Assembly: GCA_951406725.2 (NCBI GenBank)
Contig: OX597817.1
Span: forward strand, 89,590,001-89,654,000
Source of the DNA: Octopus vulgaris
Taxonomy: Eukaryota
Length of the DNA stretch: 64,000 nucleotides
Direction: 5' to 3'
How positions within the stretch are numbered: position 1 is the first letter of the stretch; every line of letters begins with the position of its first letter. This document shows, one piece after another, positions 14,484 to 26,065 of this stretch. A model generated the notes under the pieces. It searched no databases, was not told where the DNA came from, and saw only the letters and a program-made list of their open reading frames with translations. Made by a program: the position numbers and the translations under genes.

Positions 14484-14490
<7 letters not shown>
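14050..14490 (+). repeat. Diverged direct repeat (period 284 bp) with an HHR-like motif in each copy
   Basis: ctcacga-gaatcc..gattc-ggaaa-ttgatta-agttgttc (14110) and CTGATGA-gaatct..gtttc-ggaaa-tcgatta-aagttgttc (14394). Confidence 0.65.
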
Positions 14491-14530
<40 letters not shown>

Positions 14531-14811
14531 AGAAGAAAGAGGTAGAATATTGGATAATTCTTTATTAACGCCTTCGTCCATTCAGTGGAGTTTTTCGGAC
14601 GAAAGCGCGATTAATAATTATCCCAAATTCTGTTTCCTTCTTCTTAATATGCAATATCTTTACACAACTTCAAACACACACACACACACACACTTATATA
14701 TATTACTGCTGTATAGTTTTAAGCAGATATAGTTTTATATACAAACATACACACATAAATACATATATATATATATATGTATATATATATAAATATAAAA
14801 CTATACACGAG

Positions 14812-14866
<55 letters not shown>

Positions 14867-15129
14867 GATCGGTCTATGAGGTTACTCAGGGTTTCAAGTC
14901 AATAACACGCTTAGCTCTGCAGTTTCTTCAGAGTCTAGGCCTATGGGTATATAAATAAAATACTATAGTATAGTTTATATATATATGTATATATATATAT
15001 GTATATATATGTATATATATACATATATATATCACGTGATCACGCGACCGACCAGACCATCAAATGTTGCTACACATCGCTGGTCACAATGCGTCTAGGC
15101 CTATGGGTATATAAATAAAATACTATAGT

Positions 15130-15170
<41 letters not shown>

Positions 15171-15387
15171 TCAATATAGGTGGCAAAAAATTTTGTAGAA
15201 TTTTTTTGCCACCAGCGGCCTAGTGGGAAAAAATTAAATAGTCATAGACCATTTTTAAGTTCAACATCACAATCAAGGAACGGCCATAATAGGCCATTCA
15301 CCCACTAGAAATAACAGCCAAAGCTTCAACCGCAAAATAACATTAATTCCGTAAACCAGGAGAAAATTAAAAAACATTTACCCTGTA

Positions 15388-15494
15388 ATTTCTTATACGA
15401 TGCACCGTTTCATCTACTGTTTAATGGTAAACTAACCTGATTAAATTAAATCAAGCCAATCTTCCATAGGCCCTTAGATTCGTCAGTAAGAAAT
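15388..15494 (-). ncRNA. Type I hammerhead ribozyme (copy 1)
   Basis: Reverse complement of the 16380-16486 motif; predicted cleavage between 15396 and 15395. Confidence 0.85.
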
Positions 15495-15875
15495 AGCCAG
15501 ATCGGAACAGATATTTTCACGAGGCATTTCTGTCCCTGCCTCGGCAATATCTGACCTAAAATTTTCAAATCATCGCACTCGCGCCAAATTTATCGGCAGC
15601 AAATAAATATAAGCCGCCGATTCCATTACGGAATTAACCAGAAAATTCATAATTAATCAATATAGGGTGGCAAAAAATTTTGTAGAATTTTTTTGCCACC
15701 AGCGGCCTAGTGGGAAAAAAATTAAATAGTCATAGACCATTTTTAAGTTCAACATCACAATCAAGGAACGGCCATAATAGGCCATTCACCCACTAGAAAT
15801 AACAGCCAAAGCTTCAACCGCAAAATAACATTAATTCCGTAAACCAGGAGAAAATTAAAAAACATTTACCCTGTA

Positions 15876-15982
15876 ATTTCTTATACGATGCACCGTTTCA
15901 TCTACTGTTTAATGGTAAACTAACCTGATTAAATTAAATCAAGCCAATCTTCCATAGCCCCTTAGATTCGTCAGTAAGAAAT
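15876..15982 (-). ncRNA. Type I hammerhead ribozyme (copy 2)
   Basis: Same motif with one change in the stem II internal loop; predicted cleavage between 15884 and 15883. Confidence 0.85.
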
Positions 15983-16379
15983 AGCCAGATCGGAACAGAT
16001 ATTTTCACGAGGCATTTCTGTCCCTGCCTCGGCAATATCTGACCTAAAATTTTCAAATCATCGCACTCGCGCCAAATTTATCGGCAGCAACTAAATATAA
16101 GCCGCCGATTCCATTACGGAATTAACCAGAAAATTCATAATTAATCAATATAGGGTGGCAAAAAATTTTGTAGAATTTTTTTGCCACCAGCGGCCTAGTG
16201 GGAAAAAATTAAATAGTCATAGACCATTTTTAAGTTCAACATCACAATCAAGGAACGGCCATAATAGGCCATTCACCCACTAGAAATAACAGCGAGTGCG
16301 ATGATTTGAAAATTTTAGGTCAGATATTGCCGAGGCAGGGACAGAAATGCCTCGTGAAAATATCTGTTCCGATCTGGCT

Positions 16380-16486
16380 ATTTCTTACTGACGAATCTAA
16401 GGGCCTATGGAAGATTGGCTTGATTTAATTTAATCAGGTTAGTTTACCATTAAACAGTAGATGAAACGGTGCATCGTATAAGAAAT
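16380..16486 (+). ncRNA. Type I hammerhead ribozyme (inverted copy)
   Basis: Stem I atttctta/taagaaat; core CTGACGA (16388-94); stem II atcta/tagat with a long extension; GAAAC (16463-67); stem III ACgg-tgca-tcGT; GTA cleavage triplet (16476-78). Confidence 0.9.
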
Positions 16487-16603
16487 TACAGGGTAAATGT
16501 TTTTTAATTTTCTCCTGGTTTACGGAATTAATGTTATTTTGCGGTTGAAGCTTTGGCTGTTATTTCTAGTGGGTGAATGGCCTATTATGGCCGTTCCTTG
16601 ATT

Positions 16604-16685
<82 letters not shown>

Positions 16686-16687
16686 CA

Positions 16688-16760
<73 letters not shown>

Positions 16761-16779
16761 TATATTATTATATGATCAA

Positions 16780-17455
16780 ACGCCACGCATCCATTTCCAA
16801 GTAAGTTTTATCTTAATAATTCTGATGTGCACTCTACAACTGTCTCTATTCTCCCTCTATTATTCTTCTTTCTCTCTGTTTTTCTTCTCCTCCCCTTCGC
16901 CGCTCTCTTTCTCTCCCTCTCTCTCTCCCTCACTCCTCCTCCTTGACTTTCTCGTTGCTCACACAGGACCAACGACTATCTTTCTTTTTTCCTCTTTCTT
17001 TACAAGAGACAAGACACACATTTGCCTTTCTCCTGTCAAAGCTCGCTTCTCCAGCGTTCACCACTTCACCTCTTTATGGCTTAACAGCCCTACCGTTTGT
17101 CTTTACTGTTTTTTTCATACTGTCCTGTTTTTGTTACCACTTTAACCCTCTACAAATCTCAAATTTTATTTAATTTGCTTTGCGGGAACGACTGTTTTAA
17201 CGAAGTCGCGTCTTGTCGAACGTTCGGAGTAGATAAACCAGGGGACAATTGATGAAGGGATTCTTTATGTTGCCTGTCTCGTTTCTCTATTTGTTTCTTT
17301 CATTGTTCGAAAAAATGTTCGTTTTCCATGTTTTTGTTTTTTTATGTTCTCGTTTTTCATTTTGTTCACGTTCTTTTGACGTCTTGTACCCATATATGCA
17401 TATATACATACATATATGTAGGTATGTACATATATGTATGTATATATGCATATAT
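16780..17455 (+). mobile_element. Non-coding pyrimidine-rich repeat between (TA)n tracts (probably PLE-derived)
   Basis: The 3' part (..gtcttgtacccatatatgcatatatacatacatatatgta..) recurs at 21505-21640; gacaattgatgaaggga resembles gataactgatgaagaa at 22360 and 57890(-). Confidence 0.45.
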
Positions 17456-17599
17456 ATATATATATATATATATATAATCTCCCAAAAATCCGCCCCCCCC
17501 CCCAAATCTCCTAAACCTGCACAGCATCACCTGCACAGCATCACCTGCACAGCATCACCTGCACATTTAAATATTTTGGAAACAAATAATATTATACTC

Positions 17600-18146
17600 A
17601 TACTTTGAATTCGATGGTAGAAATTATGTGGGGTGTCATATCTTTCATAACATACCCTCTAGTATAGTAAATTATATATTATACAAAATATTGCCCTCTT
17701 ATAACACCTGCATTCCAACTACACGATGCTTATACTGTTTTTCCTTTCAATTCCAAGACTTTCTTCCCTATCAGTCAGAATAGGTATATTTAGAATAAGT
17801 TATTAGAGCGTACACCTCCCTTAGGTACTTGAAAAAATGGAACTACATGATTCTACATATATCAGTGCCGGTAATATTATATCCTATTTTATAAAACTGC
17901 ATCCAATGCTATCCTCATCTTACTTTATTTCTTAATTTGCTTTGTTAGGGATACCTTGACCTATACTTATTATTTTTTAAACTTTTTCTTATTATTTTTA
18001 GTTTTTATGCTTATCTTTATTTTTTTATCCTTTATCTCTCCTTATATCCAGTATGTATCTAATGGGTTCAGATCTGAAAATAAGTTAACCTTATGCCTAC
18101 TTTTTAACTTTACATTTATTTTTTTCATTTTATAAATCCCTTATTG

Positions 18147-18197
<51 letters not shown>

Positions 18198-18206
18198 TTG
18201 TGTGTG

Positions 18207-18247
<41 letters not shown>

Positions 18248-18500
18248 ATATATATATTTATTCATTTTAATTCTTGCGGTATTCTATTTATTTTTTTATT
18301 TTATATTATATTATTAATTTTTTTTTAATTATTTATCCTCGTATATACTTGTGTGACATTATATGATTTTCGGGGACAGGGTTTCTAACATATCTCTATA
18401 GTTAATGGTGGTAAAATAATATAATATGATATTTACATTTATATTTTTTTAGTTATTTATAATTACATTTTATAATTATAGTATATTCTTTACATATACA

Positions 18501-18567
<67 letters not shown>

Positions 18568-19620
18568 ATAGAAATGGTAAGACAACAAAAGAATGAAAGA
18601 GACCTCGATATTATGTAAATAGAGGAATTTATCTATAAATGTAACATGTGACAATTATCACACATTACATTTACAGATATATATATATATAATATTTTCT
18701 TGTGTCCTTATATCCTTCAAGATTATTTCATAATGCTGGAAATTTTTTTTATTTAATTATATTTTTTAAATAAGTTTATTTGCTTTAGAACCTATTATCT
18801 CATTTTTGCCTTTAATCCCTAGTTTTCTGTCAATAGAAAATGTATCCCTGGTTCTCGGACAATATCTGAATGTAATTATAGGGTCACAGTTTGAATGGTT
18901 TTAGTATGACCACTTTATAAGTTTGCCAGAATGAAGTATTATGAAGCGGCTATTTTATAGAAAAGTACTCTATTTTTTAGGGCTTAAATTGGTTTATATA
19001 TCCATCTTACTTGGTCCTTACATCCCTTTCTAAATTTAAAATTTTGCTTTTTTAGTGTACAAAATATGATACGCTAAATTTTGATTATATTTTCCTCCCA
19101 GTATCCTTAAAGCCCATCTAGATCTCACTGTGACATCCTTTGTTTTCTTTTTTTTTAGGCCCCTTTAACTGATAATAATAAAATAGTTTATATCACCCCT
19201 ACCCTCCCTCTTTCTGGACGTATATCACTATCTTACTAACTTTTGATGAGATTTGTTTCTCTATGTAGTCATAGCGAATTCATAGCTATAATGCATTTGG
19301 GGTTTGGGAGAGTATCTGACATTAATTAATTTATTATCAGCAGCTAGAACTTAACTGTCAATTCCAAGTGGTTTTAATTCTTAATGGACGTAGTATACTA
19401 GCTGCATTAGATCTTTTGATGATGGTAAGGGGATAGATAAATGTAGCTGTATTACCATCTCATGACTCCCATTGTTATTCTCTTCTGCCACTCTAAATTA
19501 TAGTTGGGCTATTTTCTCCCTAAGTTCGTTCTGCTACGATAATAGCAACAAGCATGTAATTCTTTTATTCTCTTGTTCTGATGAAATATTTGTTAAAAAA
19601 AATTTTAATGGGGTATCCTG
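17600..19620 (-). pseudogene. Highly decayed Penelope-like ORF interrupted by microsatellites
   Basis: Weak motifs only (RTRDTFSIDRKLGIK resembling the RT LLF..W.K motif; LKGK..SIV*LEC resembling the GIY-YIG start); adjacent to an HHR. Confidence 0.35.
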
Positions 19621-19642
19621 TATGTTGAAAACCTATATGGTG

Positions 19643-19736
19643 TTATGCATCTGAAGAAGGTGGTGCATTTGAAGTTGATGTGATGCTTGCATTGATAGAT
19701 TAAATGGAGCCGCCTGAAACGCCCGTAATGCATTAA
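19643..19736 (+). ncRNA. Type I hammerhead ribozyme with a long stem II
   Basis: atgcat-CTGAAGA-aggtggt..catttga..[gatgtga tgc ttgcatt]..ttaaatg..gccgcct-GAAAC-gccc-GTA-atgcat; predicted cleavage after 19727. Confidence 0.8.
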
Positions 19737-19894
19737 TACCTTCACATCCTTGTTACTTACTTACTTTATATATATATATATATATATATATGAGTATTAT
19801 TTTTATATATACAATACTCTTGTATAGTTTTATAAATACAATACTCTTGTATAGTTTTATATATACGTATATTTGGATAGTATTAGATTTTTTA

Positions 19895-20095
19895 TATTTT
19901 ATTGTTTACTTGGACTATGACCATGCTAGGGCACTGCCTTTAAGGGGTTTTAGTGGAATAAATCAACCCCAGTACTTATTTTTAAGACTGGCACTTATTC
20001 CCTTGGTTTCTTTTCCGAAACCGCTAAGCTACGGAGTCGATAACAAACCAATATCAGTTATCAAGCAGTGGTGGGGAGACATACACACGCACACA
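19895..20095 (-). mobile_element. SINE family B, 3' half
   Basis: ccatgctagggcactgcc...ccccagtacttatt...gaaaccgctaag. Confidence 0.7.
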
Positions 20096-20130
20096 CATAC
20101 TCATGTATGTGTGTGTGTTTGTGTGTGTGT

Positions 20131-20225
<95 letters not shown>

Positions 20226-20226
<1 letters not shown>

Positions 20227-21442
20227 AAGGTGGGGAAGCGAAACTTGGAAAATAATAGATAATTCACCAAATTGTTTATATTACAACAACCAGCAACCTG
20301 ACATAAATATAATTTTAACACAAGTTTAGAGGGATATAAAGAGACAATTTATTCAATACGTTTGCCTTCATTGTCCACCACAGCCTTCACACGCCACCTG
20401 ATGGTGTCAAAACTCTTCATGATTAAGTACTTAGACATGTCCCACTCTTCTTTCAGCATTGCTTAAAATGATCAAGACTTGGATGCAAAGTCTGGGCGGG
20501 AAGAAAGCTAGAAGTTGGCAGGTCAAAAGTCGGCGAAGTTGTCTTCACAGAATTTCTGCACTTTCTTCGCCGTATGAGCAAGAGGACTATCTTGGGTCCA
20601 CACATCTTTATCGTTGGGGTAATTAGACTTCAGCCAAGGCAAAACCTTGTACCGCAGGTCGTTATTATAAACGTCAGCACCCACCTTTTCCCTAGACTCG
20701 AAAAAATGGAGAGGCATCTTCTTTCCGCCAGATGCCACGACTCCCAGTTTCATGTCTTGAGCTGGTGGCTTGGCCCTAAAGATGCCTTTACATCAGAAGG
20801 TGACTTAGCAATGTATCAATCATTGCGACGTTTGAAAACAGCATCAACGGTAAAGATTTTCGCATCCGAAAAGATTTTGACGGTTTGTCCATTGTGCTTC
20901 AGTTATCGCAACACCTTTTTTGGCATTTTCTTGCCTTTTGTCTTTCATTGCATGAGTCAATAGGTGCCTCGGAGTCCTCACGTATGACCCCAAATGTAAA
21001 TCAGTATGTACAGCATTTCTGATGGTCTTTGGATTAACTTTCATGTCCATGGATAGTTTTTTCATGGATGTTGTTTGATCTTTCGAAATTTTAGCTTTGA
21101 GAGATTTAAGAAATGCATTATCCCATTTTTCATTTATGTCTTCCTTGCACTTTTCATTTCTCCAATATCCAGTATTCAGTTCGTAACGTTGTAGACATTG
21201 TTCACAGAGGACCCAACATTCTGACAATACGTATAATTGCAAATCCGGTACGTAGCAAATCTGCAATACGTTGTCGCTTGGCTTCTTAAGTGGACATGTT
21301 AGATCCTATGTCTGGAACTTCTGCTTAAATTAACTCTATATACCTCCACCCTGAAATAGGAAACAATATTTTAGTATTTGTGCTCAGGAATATATGAAAA
21401 ATAAGGCTTCCAAAATGTTCAAACTTTTGCTTCCCCACCCTA
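20226..21442 (-). mobile_element. Tc1/mariner superfamily element (maT/DD37D-like), decayed transposase
   Basis: TIRs caaggtggggaagcgaaa / ttttgcttccccacccta with TA flanks; protein pieces VASGGKKMPLHFF..KVGADVY..LPWL..QDSPLAHTAKKVQKFC and TIRNAV..DL.L.SY. Confidence 0.85.
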
Positions 21443-21645
21443 TACACACACACATATACATACGTACATAACATATCTATCTATCTACCTAGCTATATAT
21501 ATGGTTTTGTGTTTATATTTTCGTTTCTCATTATGTTCGACGTTTTTTTTCTGTCCTGTACCCATATATGCATGTATACATACATATAGATGTAGGTAGT
21601 ACATATATGTATGTATATATGCATATGTTTTATTTATTAATTTAT

Positions 21646-21701
<56 letters not shown>

Positions 21702-22477
21702 TATGTGTGTGTTTCTGTGTGTGTAGTTGAAAAATATTCACGTAATATAAAGCATTCCTTATTTTTGACCCATTCGTAGAAATATTCTCAGAATATTTTT
21801 GTGCAACCCTAGTCTGTCTCTTTCCTTTCTTTTGTCTCTCTTTCATCTTCCTTTTATTCTCTGTCTTTCTCTCTGTCTCTCACTCATTCTCCCTCTGTTG
21901 TTCTCTTGTCCCTCTGACTGTTCCTCCTTCCTCTCACTATCATATGACCGGTCACAATCTATGGCGGTGTCATTCTTTTCCATGTTGCCTTCAATCTGTT
22001 CGTTAATACTTCTCTGAGCTCCTCGCCCTTCCTTTCTCTTGCATTTGTTTTAATCCTGTAGGACAGTTTTCCTTCTGTGCGTTACTCCACGCTTTTTGTC
22101 TGTTAGCCCACAGCTTTTTTGTGTATGTATTCTTCTTCTTTTTTTTGTTTTATATGTATTATTATTTTTTGTTGTCTTCGCCTGGCTCTAAAGCCATATT
22201 CCGCTCATTTATTTCGTTTTTCTTTTGTCCCCCGTTCCTTATTGCTGTGCGTCTTGTTATGTTTTGTTCGCTTCCCCAGCAAGTTCCCTTGCTGGCTGCC
22301 TCTAGGATGGATGCAACATTATCGATAATTGCATGAAATTGCGCTCAACATCCTGGCCGATAACTGATGAAGAATTTGTGACTTGTGTTTGTTCTCCGTT
22401 CGTCTGTGCGTCTGTGCATTCGGTGCATTTAGTATGTCTTTCTGTTCGTTTGTTTATTACTATACGTGTTTGACTTC

Positions 22478-22548
<71 letters not shown>

Positions 22549-22719
22549 GTATGTATGTATGTATGTATGTATGTATGTATGTATGTATGTATGTATGTAT
22601 GTATGTATGTATGCATAAGAGTAAGCACATAAATGCAAAACAAGGTGGAAAAAATAATACTAGAATATAGAAGGTAAGGTAATATACTTTTTTATTAAAG
22701 CTGCAAAAACATCACAAAA

Positions 22720-22761
22720 AACTGTTACTCAGAGTTACATGTTCCCGTTTGTCGGATAGTT
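22720..22761 (-). ncRNA. Degenerate minimal type I HHR
   Basis: aactat-ccgacaa-acg ggaa cat-gtaa-ctctga-GTA-acagtt: correct geometry with several core substitutions. Confidence 0.4.
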
Positions 22762-23114
22762 GTGATGAAGACTGGAATAAAATTGTAAATGGTACATGTA
22801 GCATATGATTTGATATAATCCAATTTGACCAATAAGCATTTCACTTTGATTGGCTGACATATTTTCAAAATATAAATAGTGTCGTATTCGCTAACGGTTG
22901 GGCGGTTTAGGATTGTATAAAATGAACAGTAGAAATAAATATAGCATATTATACGATATCGAAAAAATCTTCAGTGCAGAAGGTATAATGCATGTCCAGA
23001 AAAGATTAGTTTATAATTAATAGAGTGGTGAGGTTGAAAGATTCAGTAACGAGTTTATGGTACATATACACATACAAAAATATAACTCTATGCACAACAT
23101 ACATACATGCATAT

Positions 23115-23153
<39 letters not shown>

Positions 23154-23187
23154 GCCACCCACCCACACACACAAATAAATATATTTA

Positions 23188-23237
<50 letters not shown>

Positions 23238-23289
23238 GGCGGTGCCCCAGCATGGCCACGGCTCATGAGCTGAAACTAGAATCAATCAA

Positions 23290-23330
<41 letters not shown>

Positions 23331-23418
23331 TAACATACATACACACACCTTTATATACACTTAGACACACGCATATACATATATACACACATACGTACAT
23401 ACATGCATATATATATGC

Positions 23419-23454
<36 letters not shown>

Positions 23455-23459
23455 CTGCG

Positions 23460-23634
23460 TTTGCCCCCCGCCACCACTTGACAACCGCTTGTGCACCCGT
23501 AGCTTAGCAGCTCGGCAAAAGAGGCCGAGAGAGCAAGTACGAGGCTTAAAAAAACGAAGTACTGGGGTCGATTCAGTCAACTAAAAATTCAAGGCAATGC
23601 CCCAGCATGGCCACAGTCTAATGACTGAAGCAAG

Positions 23635-23681
<47 letters not shown>

Positions 23682-23826
23682 CAAAGGGCTCCCATCAGTT
23701 TCCATATTCATTCACAATTAGACTGGGGCTACAGGAGAAGACTCTGACTCAAAGTGCAAATAAGTGAGACTGAACTCGAAACTTGGCAGTTGCAAAGCAA
23801 GCTTCTTAATCACACTGCCTTGCCTC
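23460..23826. mobile_element. Two SINE family B fragments (3' half on +, 5' half on -)
   Basis: cttgacaacc...ccccagcatggccacagtc (+) and ...gactgaactcgaaact...aagcaagcttctta (-). Confidence 0.65.
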
Positions 23827-24679
23827 ATATTTTTCGAGATATTATAATGTGTTTGTAATGGCGTAGAAAATAAAATTCTAATTTTATATCCCAGAATATC
23901 CGATACTCAAAAATGTCACCCATAATTTGATCGTGATATATGTGTGTGTGTGTGGGGGGGTGTAATGTGTGTGTCTGTGTATGTGCACACGTGTGTGAGT
24001 GTGTGCATATGTGTGCGAGCTCGTGTACATATCTGTGTGCACAGGTGTATGTAGTTCAAAATACGAAATGATAACTCCTGATGGACTTATTAGCTGAAGA
24101 TTCCATAGGAATTAGCAGCTTAATAACCACTGCCTTTCTGAATATTACCGCACACGCACAGACACAGACACACACACGTTACACAGTCATACACGCTCAC
24201 GCTCGTCACTCTTACATGACCAACGTTTACACTATACCCTTTGATAAATTCAAACAATGTGTGTCCTCTGAAACAGGATAATGTGAGGTCTCTTACATAT
24301 AAAATCTCCGCCATAAAATTGTTCCTCTGAAGAACATAGCTAATATGTTCCGACCTACAGCTATTTCATGTAGAAATTTCCAGAATAAAGCCATTATTAA
24401 TCAATAACACATGCAGCCATAGACAGTTCATAGAGCACTTTCACCATGACAGGAATAATACCAATTCTCCTGCTTCAGCACAAACTAACTAAACAAATAA
24501 ATAATTAAGTAAATAAGAAAAAAATAAATAATGATATTCTGAAAAACGCTACTGTATTGATGGAGGAATGTGTATAGTAGAAAGTGAGCCCTGACGGTGC
24601 ACGCATATGATTAAAGACGTTCCGACCGTAATCATCCAGAGTTTTGGGGTGTTGTATTCTTTTTCTTTTTCTTTTTTGC

Positions 24680-24855
24680 GGCTGTGTGGTTAAGAAGTAC
24701 GTTTGTAATGAAGTAGTTTTAGGTTCCGTCCAAATATGGAAGACGCATCTTGGGTGAGTGTTTTCATCTACTACAGTCCCGAGCTAACGAATGACAAATG
24801 CCACTTTGTGAGTGAAGTTGGTAGACGGAAACTGTGGGGAGGCCCGTCGTCTATA
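24680..24855 (+). mobile_element. SINE family B, 5' half
   Basis: ggctgtgtggttaagaag...gtagacggaaactg...gcccgtcgt. Confidence 0.7.
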
Positions 24856-24893
24856 CACACACGCACACACACACACACACACACACTCACACG

Positions 24894-24924
<31 letters not shown>

Positions 24925-24925
<1 letters not shown>

Positions 24926-25172
24926 CAAAATGGGACAAGAACGCAAAACAACCAGATAGACGATACAAAGAAAACAAGGACGGGTCATTCGGAGTTTTCT
25001 TTCCTCAGTCGAGTTCCAGATTATCTTTGCAATTTCGGCTGGTTATACTCGAGATTGCTCCAATCTGGCCAGCCCCAAGAAAAAAACTAAGCTAAGAGCA
25101 TTAGATTCCTTGGAAGAAAGCAGCGAATGTATGCATACGAAAACAAGGACGGAAAAAAACAGAGAAGGTTAC

Positions 25173-25178
<6 letters not shown>
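24925..25178. mobile_element. Non-coding (TA)n-flanked repeat (probable PLE terminal repeat family)
   Basis: Near-identical to 52967-53220 and related to 52506-52750. Confidence 0.75.
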
Positions 25179-25219
<41 letters not shown>

Positions 25220-25701
25220 TATATACAAAGTAAGATAGGGGTTATGGGTGTAACCCACTATGGGATAGTATTTATCCAATATATTGTTGGTAAAGTACCC
25301 AGATTCTTAATACATAAATGTTTTTAATTGCAATGCAATTAACTCATTTATTGTATTAAACGGGTGAAGCTAAAGAAATATTTTTACCGTAAATTTATAA
25401 TGCAAATAAGAAAATGGAGAAACAAATTTAGTTTGTTCATCAACTTTCGGATATTAGAATGTTGGATTATTTATTCATTTAAGAAAATGAGAACCTCAAT
25501 AGCATACATATATATCTTATAATTCAATACATATAAGATAAGAATACAAATTATAATATAAATTATTGTCATAATTGTCATAAAGTCATGATATAAATTA
25601 TTGAAATCATTAAAATCACTTCTTACAGCTGTTTCAGCCTATGGTTAAAAGTAGTCAATTTTTTGTTTCTCCATTTTCTTATTTATATATATATATATAC
25701 A

Positions 25702-25870
25702 TTCTTTTATTATTTTGCTTGTTTCAGCCATTTGACTGCAGCCATGGTGGAGCATCACCTTTAGTCGAACAAATCCACCCAGGACTTATTTTTTGTAAGC
25801 CTAGTACTTATTCTATCGGTCTCTATTCACGAACCGAAAAGTTTCGAGGACATAAACACACACACACACA

Positions 25871-25915
<45 letters not shown>

Positions 25916-26065
25916 CAACGTGCTTCTTTCAGTTTCCGTCTACGAAATCCACTCACAAGGCTTTGGTCGGCCCGACTCTATAGTAGAAGACACTTGCCCA
26001 AGATTCCACGCAATGGGACTGAACGCAGAACCATGTGGTGGAGAAGCAAGCTTCTTACCTCACAG
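25702..26065 (-). mobile_element. SINE family B copy
   Basis: Reverse-complement homology to 31211-31606. Confidence 0.85.

Larger units (their letters stand above)
15165..16608. repeat. ~488-bp tandem repeat (2.3 copies) plus a 317-bp inverted copy, flanked by (TA)n; candidate retrozyme or PLE pLTR array
   Basis: Unit starts at 15165, 15651 and 16139 with only a few differences; 16292-16608 is the reverse complement of 15266-15582; no ORF of 60 aa or more within the unit. Confidence 0.95.

Noticed and set aside
24315-24385. ctgaaga-acata..tatgt plus an antisense gaaatagctgta as an HHR
   Set aside because: The two halves lie on opposite strands and neither forms a complete core
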